Shown here in pieces: positions 26,601-38,778 of a stretch of 64,000 nucleotides of DNA. Position numbers and translations under genes: made by a program. The stretch's first letter is position 1. The number at the start of each line of letters is the position of its first letter. The DNA comes from Macrostomum lignano (Eukaryota), in the NCBI GenBank assembly GCA_002269645.1, contig NIVC01003680.1, positions 1 through 64,000 of the forward strand, given 5' to 3'. The notes under the pieces were generated by a model. It was not told the DNA's origin. It saw only the letters and a list, made by a program, of their open reading frames with translations, and ran no database searches.

Positions 26601-28739
26601 AACCTGATTAAACATGCTTATCATAAAAAAGTCACACTGTTTGATTTGAGGCTTACTGTGTACACGTACCTGTCTTGCAACACCTCACAAAACGCGTCGA
26701 TTATTCGCAAAAAATAATAGCGTTTAGTTCTGCCTATTACTATACATCGACATATTAAATAGATTATTTTCTAAACATTCTAATAAGGAATATTTTCACT
26801 TAAATCATTCTTAGTCAAGAGTTCGTCTTCCTCTATTCAGTGCGACGTTCGATCATAGAGCCCCAAAGAGCGTTTGTTTCTCTTTTTTGGCTATCTCTCA
26901 ACTGGAACAGCACCGACGACAGTCGACTCGGCCAATTTCGTCTCAAGGGTTTTCGAAGACTTACTGAAGGCGAATGGTACGATCATTGACAGTTTCAATT
27001 TTACCATTCTTAAGCAACTCTAATATTTCGCTGAAAGGAGTAATCGAAGGTCGAGTTGATGGAGTCCCCATGGATCGCTCTCAGAAACGGTTACGATCAT
27101 TCCTGGGAGCCCCTGTGCAATAAAAATCCTCAGAGCGTACATGATTGACACCGCACGCGCTGACTTTACATCAGCGGAGTTGATGCTTACACCCGCGATC
27201 GGTACTCGATTGTCACCTGCTGTATAGTGCCTTCCTATTTAATGTTTCCAATTAACGGCGTCAGGATGATGACTGCATCATGATCGAATGCTGGAAGAGA
27301 CGAGTTGAGGATTCACAAGTAGCTCCTCAGGTTTTCCCCCAAGTCAATTGACCGGCAGCGATATCGCAAATCGAACATATTCGCAACAGAGTCCATAGTC
27401 TCATGGTTTCATCCAGCTGTTATATGTACCGGTAGGTTCAGATCAATATAGCAGCTCCGCCAAGGTGAATGTCAGAGGCCATGAACAAAGTCAGCAGCGC
27501 TGATGAAGTATGAATTGGGTTGACAAAGGCCACACTGATCGAGGCACATTTACTACATGTACGAGTGCATGTATTCATAAATAACATCTGGTGTGTACTG
27601 ATCAAATTACTGTAGCGCTTATGGAAAAAATCAGACCTTCTGGCAGAATCATGAATGTCTCAATGTCTGGGGGAGTGGAAACGCGCATGCAGATCTTCGT
27701 TTGAAAAGGCGCAGCGCAGAAATTACCGTTGCAAGGTGCATCGAATTTTGTGCATATAAATTTTGAGCCAAAAGACATTGTCAGCTTAATTCAAGTAGTC
27801 TTTGAAGTTTTTGCAACACTTACACAATTTACACAACAACTTAAATACTGCAATCGTAAAAGTACATGTATACATACGCTCGTAAAAGCTACTTATTGGA
27901 TAAACTGTGCAGGTATTCATGGAAAGGTGCAGAAAAAACTTCGGCTATGCCAGAATGGAGCGTGTCAAATTCCAATATTCATATTGATGTTTCAAGTCTG
28001 GACGAAGCAGATTGGGTAAAGAGCATCGCGGAAAAAATTTTAGTTTCGATTGAGATGAAATCGTGAGACCCGAGAAGGCATAGCAGTTGCTTTGTAATAG
28101 TTTGCTCCCCAATCTTGATTGAAACTCGACGGCTACTTTCTATATTTAAAGTCCACGAGGCCCTCAGCCCCCCGCTTTGCCTCCATCCGCCCGCCTGCTC
28201 AGCATCCCCAAATTCCTCCTGGGGGATCGGGATGAGGCTGCAGACTGGTGGAATCGGTCGAGGAGAGAAGAGGGGAGGACGGGAGCAGCCGACGGGAAAT
28301 TGATTGCCAGACCCGTGGTCGTCGTCATCAACATTTTCTTGATTTTATTTTTCCCAGTTCTGCCCAGTCCGCAGTACTAGTCCTCCCAAATTCCCCCTTC
28401 GCGTCATCAATCGAGTCGGTCTATTTTGTTTCTAGCTCGTACATGAATGTTACTTTCAGTTCTTTCTTCCCTGGTGATCAGCGTCTACACTGTACGTTGC
28501 ACTGCATTTTAATTGCTTTCGGCTTGTGAGTGAATACTCACATAAGAATTAACGCTGTAAAATTGACATTGAATTTGTAATGTAGCTCCTAGGCTACATA
28601 AAGATCTTATAGTACGTCGACAAAGCTTCACCCTTTAGCTGACAACCATTTCCTAACTGTATAGACTGACAGACTGACCTACAGTTTTACTTACAATTCC
28701 ACCTGCTATGATAATCTGGCCTACTTTTCTGACTTATAA

Positions 28740-29360
28740 TCTGACCTGCTGATCAATCTGACCTGCTGATCAATCTGACCTGCTGATCAATCTGACCTGC
28801 TGATCAATCTGACCTGCTGATCAATCTGACCTGCTGATCAATCTGACCTGCTGATCAATCTGACCTGCTGATCAATCTGACCTGCTGATCAATCTGACCT
28901 GCTGATCAATCTGACCTGCTGATCAATCTGACCTGCTGATCAATCTGACCTGCTGATCAATCTGACCTGCTGATCAATCTGACCTGCTGATCAATCTGAC
29001 CTGCTGATCAATCTGACCTGCTGATCAATCTGACCTGCTGATCAGTCTGACCTGCTGATCAATCTGACCTGCTGATCAATCTGACCTGCTGATCAATCTG
29101 ACCTGCTGATCAATCTGACCTGCTGATCAGTCTGACCTGCTGATCAATCTGACCTGCTGATCAATCTGACCTGCTGATCAATCTGACCTGCTGATCAGTC
29201 TGACCTGCTGATCAATCTGACCTGCTGATCAATCTGACCTGCTGATCAATCTGACCTGCTGATCAATCTGACCTGCTGATCAATCTGACCTGCTGATCAA
29301 TCTGACCTGCTGATCAATCTGACCTGCTGATCAATCTGACCTGCTAATCAATCTGACGCA
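28740..29360. repeat. 17-bp minisatellite (ctgacctgctgatcaat)n
   Basis: Near-perfect tandem units. Confidence 0.97.
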
Positions 29361-29468
29361 CTGATCAACATTGGCTAACAGTAATCAGACCTCAACGCTA
29401 TAATAGAGCTTCAACAGCTGATAAAAGCCTATTGAACACATGAACCATCTTGCTAATTAAGAACTCAC

Positions 29469-29706
29469 ATTATGCAGCTCGTAGTTCCTGTGCAAGAAGC
29501 CGTGACTGAGCGGCCTGGCTGGTCGGCAGAATTCGCGAAACAGACGGTACTCGGGTATGACCTCGCATACTGAAGCGCACGACGACTGCGACCGCGACTG
29601 CGACCGAGTCGGATTGTCGATGCTACGCGACCAGACCAGTCGAAACGGCTCATGCTGCTGGCCATCAGCGGCATCTGTGGGAGTCGGCTGCTGGCTACAG
29701 CTGACG
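29469..29706 (-). CDS. Probable upstream exon of the FERM-SPRY locus (Ser/Gln-rich)
   Basis: gttcgcag|C GTC, AAT|gtgag; phase 0 end matches the 24311 exon; GC-rich and open; no recognisable domain. Confidence 0.55.
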
Positions 29707-30037
29707 CTGCGAACAAATTCGATTGCGCTCACAAATCGCCGCATTTGAATACACCACGCTGCATTATAAATGATGATGCTTCCAATGCATATGCATGCTG
29801 TGCTCAAAGCCTTCAAGGCGCTTTCGCTGACGTAAAACTTTTCTGTCACTCAGGAAACCTGTTGCTCTGTTAAGTTTGATCATGAAATTTTGTTCCAATT
29901 TGGCTACAACCGTTGACCAATGCGAGCTTTGCAATAAATGCATATAAGACTATACTATATGCGCTTCGACACTCGTCTCAGTAACTCTCTACATGCATAG
30001 AGTAGGTCACTTCGGCCACTCAGATTCTGCGCTTTAC

Positions 30038-30231
30038 CTCTGGCAACGAATGGCCATTGGTTTCTGCAGTTGCTGGATAACGGCGATCGACTGGGCTGCA
30101 TGGACCTCGGGCTTGCTCGCGGCTACTCTGGTAGACGATGCAGCTGAAAGGCCGGGGTGCTTATAGACAGAATTACTGACCCTAAGGCAACGCTGCTCCC
30201 ATTTTACTCTCAATAACAACGCTGTGTGCAT
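30038..30231 (-). CDS. Possible first coding exon of the FERM-SPRY locus
   Basis: CAG AG|gtaaag phase-2 donor matches the 29706 acceptor; start position uncertain. Confidence 0.4.
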
Positions 30232-31923
30232 GTATAGCTTCAGCGATAATGAACTACGAGTAATATCTGTCTTTAATGCTATTTCTCCCTCCGTTTTACT
30301 AGATGGACAACAATAATCAGACGGGATTATGATGAGTTGCTACTTATATTTTAACTTGATTTGATATATATGTATATGTACTTTTTAAATTACACCTGTT
30401 TATATATTCAGCCGATCGCGTACGTCGTTATATCCGTCGATGTAATGTACGAATAACGACGTGTGTACGCTGAAAGATGATATACTTTTACAAGCTCAAG
30501 CAGCTTCTAAAGCACAGACAATTATACATGTTTAGGTGTTAAGGTATGTAATTTTTCTGGTGACGAGGTGTTTTAAATAGAGTACGTTTACGTGTATTAA
30601 CAGCTAAAGATATCAGTGTATAAGCACAAATACTAAACTACGTGCACCAATTTACAGTAATGCGAAGAACCTAGCTAGGATCTAAAGTGCGATTTAAGTC
30701 GAAGGAACTTTTTAGAAATTAGGAACTTAGAAATTAGAAATTAGGAATTAGGAATTATGAAGAACTTAGGAATTAGAACTTAGGAACTTCTTAGAAATTT
30801 TTGGGGCTGGGATTTCCCTAAAAGACACTACGAAGATACGTACATGTACATTTGTACATGTGTAAAGTATTTTACATGTACACATGTACATATACATTTA
30901 AAGTATTTTAGGCACAAAAATTGCCATATGTTTTTTATGGGAAGTAGATCGAAGGGGCTGATGTTTTTAGTATAACATTGCTCATTGATTTGGCAAAACT
31001 TTTTATAAATGATATTCGTATAACTTTACACATTCTTTGCAGGAAAAAAGAAATTAAATTTTTCTCCGTAGTATGATTTTCGCGCAAAACAGTGCGCTAT
31101 AATAGCCCTTTAAAAGTTTTCGAAGAAACAAGCTGAGGTTTCCCTACTCTTTGCTCAAGTCGTCATTAGCTAAACCACCGTATTCCACTGTATTCCAACG
31201 TATTTTACATTTATGGTATGCTTTTCGTTTAAAATCATTTAACATTTAAATAAATTAGCTCGATGCTGTATGTATCTTATCTATAGAAATTAAAAAGCAT
31301 GTAAAATAAAAAAACGAGTATATTATTTGGGTGCATAGTTAACTGCTAAAATATCGTATTATGTGGCATTTATTACTCTGGGTAAAAGTTTCGTTCTTAA
31401 AAAATTCAAACTGTCAAGTAATAAAAAAAGATGAGTTTTAATTTTCCGGATTTTTTTCTAATGATTACACATACATAAACAAAACGTTATTTTAAGAGGG
31501 TAAGGTATTTATTTGAGATATTTATTTGTGTTTTTATTGTTAAAATAAAAAAATAGTACTCTATATTTGCTTTCTTGCTTTCTTACGTCTCTTTCCGCAA
31601 CTTAAATTGAGTTTTCGTGGATATTGAGGTACTAATTTGAGATGAGCACATTGGCTGGCGACTTAAAAGCTTTTTAAAGAGAGTTCCAAATGCGTGATTC
31701 GTGAAGTTTAGCTATCAAATGAAATACCAAGGTTACAGGGTGGAGTAGAAACTCTTGAGTTGAATTCTAATCAAAGAAGCTATACTTGATGTCCCGGAAT
31801 CACTGAAACGATTGAATGATTATGTAGCAGATTCAAATGTATAAAAAAACACTTCCAAATATTCTTGAGGCAAGTATTCTAAAAGAATACAATTGTTTTT
31901 AGTCGTCGAAAAGACGTTTACTT

Positions 31924-32999
31924 ATGAAAATCAAATGGGAATCAGCACCAATAACCATTCTTGAAAATGTTTTTAAATACCTCGGCTTTCGCGACCGATA
32001 CCACGCATCCCAGGTATGTTTCCAGTGGTACGACGCCTTTTACTGTCCGAGCTTGTGGTCATATTTAACTATTGATGGAAAAGTTTTTACAAAAAGCGAA
32101 AAGACATGTTTATGGGACCACAAAAGGATGTTAAGCATATGTTCTTCGAGAGCTACCTTCACTGCTTCGGCTCGAAGATCCGAGGAATTCGTTTCGAACC
32201 TTTTGATAATTATTTCAACCTGTATGAATTTCTATTCATGATTTCTAAATACTTTGATGACTTCGGCACTGAAGCGATGCCACTGCTGCGCAGCTTTGAA
32301 TACGCATTCTTTTGCATCTTTGATGGCAATGTGACTTTTGGATCTGGCGGCAGAATGCTGGAAGTTTTGGTTAAAACTGTCAGAAAGCTTCCAAGTTCGG
32401 TTCGCAGGCTGGAGCTTAGCAACCTGTTCTTGTCATACTATGACTCATCTATGCTCCTTAATAGTTTCTGTCACCTCAAGCACAGCCTAGTCGTGCTTAA
32501 CATTAGCAACGTGACCAAGGATATTCGCACCGCGTCATATACAGCCCTGCTGGAGATGGTAAACCTGGAGCGCGTATCCGTCAGTCTGTTGAACATATCG
32601 GAGCCACTGATACGAGCACTATGCTGCCTTCCAGCACTGCGCGAAGTGTGCGCTATCGAGGACGAATTTACTCAGATTTTCACACTAGAACTGATGGAGA
32701 CGCAGTGTCCAAACGAGCTGTGGGCCGCGCTGACTCTCACCAGATGCCTCACTCTGGAGATTCATCAGGACTTCAGTCAGCCAATGCTGCTGCTGCCCAA
32801 ACAGTGTCCATTCAAAAGGGTGACTTATCGCTCGAAGCTGAGGCGGCTCACCATTGAGGATCTGATGGATTTGCAGAAGATCTTTCATGCCACATTGCGC
32901 GAAGTCTATGTTGAAACCTCGTACAAGAACTTCTGCGAATTATATCTACCATTGCAAGGTTTTGTGTCTGTTCCTCTGCTGCTTCAGCTGGAGAAGTGA
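31924..32999 (+). CDS. F-box/LRR-type protein (FBXO39/FBXL3-like); apparently intronless; one frameshift at ~32095
   Basis: F-box WESAPITILENVFKYLGFRDRYHASQVCFQWYDAFYCPSLW followed by leucine-rich repeats. Adding one A in the run acaaaaagc joins the two ORFs. Confidence 0.8.
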
Positions 33000-34515
33000 A
33001 GCTTTCATACTGTTCTCAGATAGACTTAACTAGGTTAAATTATAGGATTTTTTACTTCACTTTCCACAAAGGCCCTTGTGCTTGTGCTTCTATTAGAGTT
33101 TTTTTCTTAAAAAGCCAATATTTTAAGAACCAAATACAGCTAACCAATTTGCAAGTTTCTTATCAAATATTTTCTTTTTTTCTGCTGCCCATTATTTATA
33201 GAAAAATGATTCTTGGTTTTTAGATGCTATGCCTTCTAATATGTATTTAGAAAAAAATTATATATATAGCTATTAACACAGCACTTTGTATTATTAACTC
33301 ATTGATATTCTCCTATTTCTCTAGTCAAAAAACTGTATGAGGCAGTTCTCAGAAACTATTAGAAAGAAAAAGTGTTCACTAAAGCAAACAATTACAAGCG
33401 TAATCTGGATCTAAAGTCTGTTTTTGTGTGCTTTTTATATTTTAAAAATAAACTTGCTTATTGGATTATGACACTAATATTTAGATTGTTTTGAAAAGTT
33501 ATTAATCAATGATACTAAAATAAATTTTTACAGCTGTTTGTATTTAAAATATTTTTCTTTACTTCAAATAAACTTTTGAAAAATGCATTGAAGCAATTTT
33601 TGTTTAATGAATATAGCCAAAAATAATAGAAAAATATTTTAGACAACTGTCCAATATGCTTCGATTTTCTACAAATTCAAGGTGGTTTTTTCATTTAATA
33701 GCAAACATGATTAAAACATTACAAATTCAGATTCAGTTTAGAAATGAAGATGGTAAATCGATGCTAACTTAGAAATAGTTGATTTTCAGAATTTTATACT
33801 TTGAGAGACAGCAAAAGATATAGGATACCAGTATTTGTTGCATTAAAATGTATTCTAAAATATTTGTTTATTATAAAGGTAATTATATGTTTAGTGTATT
33901 TATTCAATCAAACAATAAATATTTGTTTAATATTAAATCTCAACAAATAATCATTTATAGAATAATATTCAACAAGCAATAGCACTTAGAACAATACTAG
34001 CCAAGACAATCAAAGACAAACGAAAATCATTGTTGAATTTTTTATGGAATCAAAATTTTACATTGCAAAGTTTGTACCATCCTATTTATAGTAAGCCTAG
34101 AGAGTAATGACTTTTATTAAGATTTATTTAAAATTATACTTCACCAAATGCTAAACCGATCTCTGTTGTCAGAAGCGTCGATAAATAAGTGCATTTTATC
34201 AAGTACTCCTCGCCTCTTTTGATTGCATCCCTCGTGACAATCTGAACGTTTAAAGCCTTGGAGACTTCCGGGATTATGCTTGGTACCCCTGCTGCTCGCA
34301 TCGACTCGTTCGCAGCAAATCAACACTGGCCGTGCATGAGCTGGCTTGGGATCCTGCTGAATATTGGATTGGCCGGGGGGGTATTTTTCCTTCCCCTCAT
34401 TCCCATTGCGCCCATATATTTTCATCAACTGCAACCGTGTGACAGCTGAGATCGGCATCCCTGTGTAAGTAGAGAGCTCGCGGATTCCAGTCAGCCTAAT
34501 AGCCGTCAGTACAGC

Positions 34516-34713
34516 ATGCGGCGCGCATGCGGCTGCTCAGACGGCAATCTCTGCCGGACAGTTGTCATTTTTGTAGTTCAGGTGATCTCTTTAGTACTAA
34601 CTCCGCTAGTGCTAGTGTTCGTTAAGGAGGCGATTAACCCTGTAGTGATTGTCATTTCAATTGCATTCCTGCTACTACTTATTGTCTCACTGATGTGCTG
34701 CATGTTGGCCAGG
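34516..34713 (+). CDS. Orphan small membrane protein, exon 1 (two hydrophobic helices)
   Basis: MRRACGC..VVIFVVQVISLVLTPLVLVFV..VVIVISIAFLLLLIVSLMCCMLAR; AGG|gtgagt donor. Confidence 0.6.
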
Positions 34714-35176
34714 GTGAGTTCCGAGATTCAGAAATCATTAATGAATTCATTGCAAAATTCAATAAGCTATGACATCACGTCACAGTCTCTCTCACTGATT
34801 CTGGTCAACAGAATAACTGGATTATTTAAGAATAGGAGCTTGAATTAAGGGCCCCTATTCAAGGGCGTCCTTTTGATAGTAGTCCTTGGCTCCAATCTGA
34901 TAGTACAACTAACTATTGCAGCAGATAAATCTGGCTAAAAATAAAGTCCTACCTAATCTTAGAATTTTGGATTCCTTCGTTACCTTTCGAGTTAATCAGG
35001 GCCAGTTCCATAACTTACATGTGCATGTGCTGATAGGTGTCTCTCTAACCAAAGCGTCACTCTGAGTGAGTCTTGATTACGAGTAAATGAGAAAGTCAAT
35101 CGTGATCACTTGGAAATATGCATGCATGTATGGTGTCTTTGCTATTTCATAGTCGTTTTTTTCACACAGTTCAATC

Positions 35177-35751
35177 CAGGGGTGCCGCCACCGGTCGGGG
35201 GACAGGGGGCATGCCTCTTACAAGACACCTTGAAACCGGATTGTTCAAAAAGTTTTAATGACCAAAAATGAGCTCTTAAGCCTGCATAGCTTAAATGGAA
35301 ATCCTCAAATTAGCTTTAGGGCGCCTAGTTAGTGTCTATGGCGCTAAAATGAGTGCCTGCGGCGCTAAAATGAGTGCCTGCAGCGCTAAAATGAGTGCCT
35401 TTGGCGCTTAAATGAGTGCCTGCGGCTCTAAAATGAGTGTTTCTGGCGCTAAAATGAGTGTCTGTGGTGCCAAAATGAGTGCCTGTGGCGCCAAAATGAG
35501 TGCCTGTGGCGCCAAAATGAGTGCCTGCAGCGCTAAAATGAGTGCCACCAAAAATGAATGTTTGTGGGGCTAAAATGAGTGGCTGCGGTGCTAAAATGAG
35601 TGCCTGCGGCGCTAAAATGAGTGCCTGTGGCGCTAAAATGAGTGCCTGCGGCGCTAAAATGAGTACTAAGTACCAAGAAAGGATTTTTTTGTTTTAAACT
35701 CTTGGTTATTCCCTTCCCCCCTTCACCATTGAATCTATGGCGACACCTCTA
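35177..35751. mobile_element. Non-autonomous hAT-like element (MITE) carrying an internal 21-bp array (ggcgctaaaatgagtgcctgc)n
   Basis: Imperfect TIRs CAGGGGTGCCGCCA / TAGAGGTGTCGCCA; 8-bp flanks gttcaatc / gttgaagc. Confidence 0.55.
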
Positions 35752-36369
35752 GTTGAAGCATTTCATATTCGGTGAATAAATGTGATATAATATCGCATGA
35801 TTATTGTTAGAAGAGGATTAGTGTATCACGGCTCGTCAACGCCATTAATCCAAACCCGGCATTAGGCAATAAAAATCGAGATTTCATCCCATAGTTACGC
35901 CGCATCCCTAATATGGCCGGCCCTGCAGTCTGTCTGCCCCTGAAATTAGCTGTACAGGGTGGGCTACTGTATGTAAAAGCTATGCAGAATTTGGATTCTC
36001 ATCAATCACTCCCTCAGTCTGTCTGTACGTGTGGGTCTCTGACTTTTTTCTGGGAAATTTTCTCCCCACACTTCCCTGCCCTACTTCAAACTTAATCTGA
36101 TTGCTGTTTGTTTTACTCAGTAATGTGCCTCTCTGAGATTCGGAATGAACGAAATTCAATATATTTCTTTAGTTGGGACTTTTGGCAACCGCAGACTTTG
36201 GTGAGAGGCATAGCCTGGGGGAAATCAATTTATTAAATAAGTTTCATCGGCTCGCCATCTTCCTTAGGCGAGATGCAGAACTCAAATTTACGAGGGGCCT
36301 GTATTCCTAAGCGCTATTAAATGCAACAAAAATACTCTTAAAAAAGCCTCCCATTGCCCTCTCGAATTC

Positions 36370-37310
36370 CATTCTCCCATTGCTCTCTCAGATCCCATTC
36401 TATCAGATCCCATTCTATCAGATCCCATTCTATCAGATCCCATTCTCTCAGATCCCATTCTATCAGATCCCATTCTATCAGATCCCATTCTCTCAGATCC
36501 CATTCTATCAGATCCCATTCTATCAGATCCCATCTCTCAGATCCCATTCTATCAGATCCCATTCTCTCAGATCCCATTCTATCAGATCCCATTCTATCAG
36601 ATCCCATTCTATCAGATCCCATTCTCTCAGATCCCATTCTATCAGATCCCATTCTATCAGATCCCATTCTCTCAGATCCCATTCTCTCAGTTTCCATTCT
36701 CTCAGATCCCATTCTCTCAGATCCCATTCTCTCAGATCCCATTCTCTCAGTTTCCATTCTCTCAGTTTCCATTCTCTCAGTTTCCATTCTCTCAGTTTCC
36801 ATTCTCTCAGTTCCCATTCTTTCAGTTCCCATTCTCAGTTTCCATTCTCTCAGTTTCCATTCTCTCAGATCCCATTCTCTCAGATCCCATTCTCTCAGTT
36901 TCTATTCTCTCAGTTTCCATTCTCTCAGTTTCCATTCTCTCAGTTTCCATTCTCTCAGTTCCCATTCTCTCAGTTCCCATTCTCAGTTTCCATTCTCTCA
37001 GATCCCATTCTCTCAGATCCCATTCTCTCAGTTCCCATTCTCTCAGTTTCCATTCTCTCAGTTTCTATTCTCTCAGTTTCCATTCTCTCAGTTCCCATTC
37101 TCTCAGTTCCCATTCTCTCAGTTTCCATTCTCTCAGTTCCCATTCTCTCAGTTTCCATTCTCTCAGTTTCCATTCTCTCAGATCCCATTCTCTCAGATCC
37201 CATTCTCTCAGATCCCATTCTCTCAGATCCCATTCTCTCAGATCCCATTCTCTCAGATCCCATTCTCTCAAATCCCATTCTCTCAAATCCCATTCTCTCA
37301 CATCCCATTC
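36370..37310. repeat. 15-bp minisatellite (cagatcccattctct)n
   Basis: Tandem units visible. Confidence 0.95.
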
Positions 37311-37440
37311 TCCCACTAACCTCTAAAAAATCCCATTCTCCTATTGTCCTCCGATCCCACTCCCCCATTGACCTTTCAAGTGTTTTCTTCGTAGAAAATC
37401 GAGCACTGGGATAAATTGCAATTCCAAACACTCCACCCAG

Positions 37441-37638
37441 TGCCTGTACATCAGAAATCGCGACCTCGGCTGCCTCCTCCGCAACAACGAAGCCGCAGTA
37501 GTCGAAACGGCAGTCAGCTTCGATGAGGCGATCGTTGATGCCGAAGCTGATGATGTTCTGCATCAGCCGCTCAGGGGCACCCGGCTTCTGGCCTCTGGTC
37601 GGCGTCGTGACATGAGCACTGACGACTCTGTGGATGAG
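37441..37638 (+). CDS. Orphan membrane protein, exon 2
   Basis: cacccag|TGC, GAG|gtgagc; 66 codons, phase 0/0 (CLYIRNRDLGCLLRN..STDDSVDE). Confidence 0.55.
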
Positions 37639-37677
37639 GTGAGCATGCACTCTGAAAGGGACATGCGAGAGACAAAA

Positions 37678-37790
37678 CAGCTCAGCGGTAAACGCACCTG
37701 ACTCGCGAGTCGCGATCCCTGGTTCGATCCTGGGAGCGGCCGCATTCCTTTGGTGCCAGAGGTTGTCACGCCATTCACACCCAGCAGGAG
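37678..37790 (+). mobile_element. tRNA-derived SINE head fragment
   Basis: agctcagcggt (A-box) .. ggttcgatcc (B-box). Confidence 0.55.
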
Positions 37791-37813
37791 AGTCATTGAC
37801 TCAACCCCTAAAG

Positions 37814-37865
37814 CAGGGGTCGGCGAACTCCGGCCCGCGAAGCCTCTCTATGCGGCCCTCGGGTC
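37814..37865 (+). mobile_element. hAT-type MITE 5' end fragment
   Basis: caggggtcggcgaactccggcccgcg resembles MER58/MER45-like hAT termini; the core aactccggcccgc recurs near 62635. Confidence 0.45.
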
Positions 37866-38207
37866 CTTTGAAACTTCAAAATAGCAATCCAGCACACCCA
37901 AGGCTTGTGTCCCTTCTCGGCTCTCTCCTCTCCCCTCTCCTCTCATCTCTGCTCTTCTATCCTCTCCTCCTCTTTTCTCTCCTCTCCTCTCCTATTATCT
38001 TCTTCTTTTCTCTCAAATCTGGCCCGAATCAGCGGAATGGACACATATTTACTTCCATATGTAAATGGTGCATCGTCATTTCCGGGCATCAAAACTAATA
38101 TTTATATTTTGGAGGTCGCCAATCGGTATTGTGATTGCTGCTTGAATTTCAAATTTAAATTTGAAAAAACCACAAATTAAAACAAAAATAAATTTTGCCA
38201 CGTTTAG

Positions 38208-38381
38208 ATCCACCTGATGTCGACATCCAGAACCTGCGCCACCATCGTCGGACCCGAGGCCGCCTCCGAGGAGACGGCCATTGTCACCACTGTAGTCGGT
38301 GGCTCCTCGGCCGCGGAACCGTGGCAACCAGAACAGCAGAAGAGACAAACATCTGACCGGCCACTGGCCAATAACGTATGA
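38208..38381 (+). CDS. Orphan membrane protein, last exon
   Basis: gtttag|ATC, 58 codons to TGA. Confidence 0.55.
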   Translation: MHLMSTSRTCATIVGPEAASEETAIVTTVVGGSSAAEPWQPEQQKRQTSDRPLANNV

Positions 38382-38778
38382 AACATTCGCCGACACTTAT
38401 TCAGACACTTCTACAGACACTTAAGTTTCTGTCGTACGAATCGTAGGAACAAGCATTAAATTTGTTTATTCCTCACAAACTACCAGTAAAATGCTTTATT
38501 TTAAGCTTTTTTTGCTTTATTTTATTAAATATGAATTAGGAAGTGTCCTGGACAAATTTAACATTCTTCTTCACGTGAAGAGAATCTATGCAGAATAACA
38601 AATTTCATGATTCATATTTAATAAAATAAAGCAAAAAAAGCTTTAAATAAAACATTTTACTGGTAGTTTGTGAGGAATAAACAAATTTAATGCTTGTTCC
38701 TACGATTCGTACGACAGAAACTTAAGTGTCTGTAGAAGTGTCTGAATAAGTGTCGGCGAATGTTTAATACGTTGGCCA
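38366..38778. repeat. Long near-perfect inverted repeat (~156-bp arms 38381-38536 / 38610-38765, 73-bp spacer)
   Basis: aaacattcgccgacacttattcagacac.. is the reverse complement of ..gtgtctgaataagtgtcggcgaatgttt; only ~2 mismatches seen in the core arms. Confidence 0.93.

Noticed and set aside
26800-27560. Higher-complexity island that looks like decayed coding sequence
   Set aside because: Stops in the frames I tried and no motif recognised; BLASTX would be needed
28115-28380. GC-rich patch as an extra FERM-gene exon
   Set aside because: No convincing phase-compatible splice pair found; the exon chain closes without it
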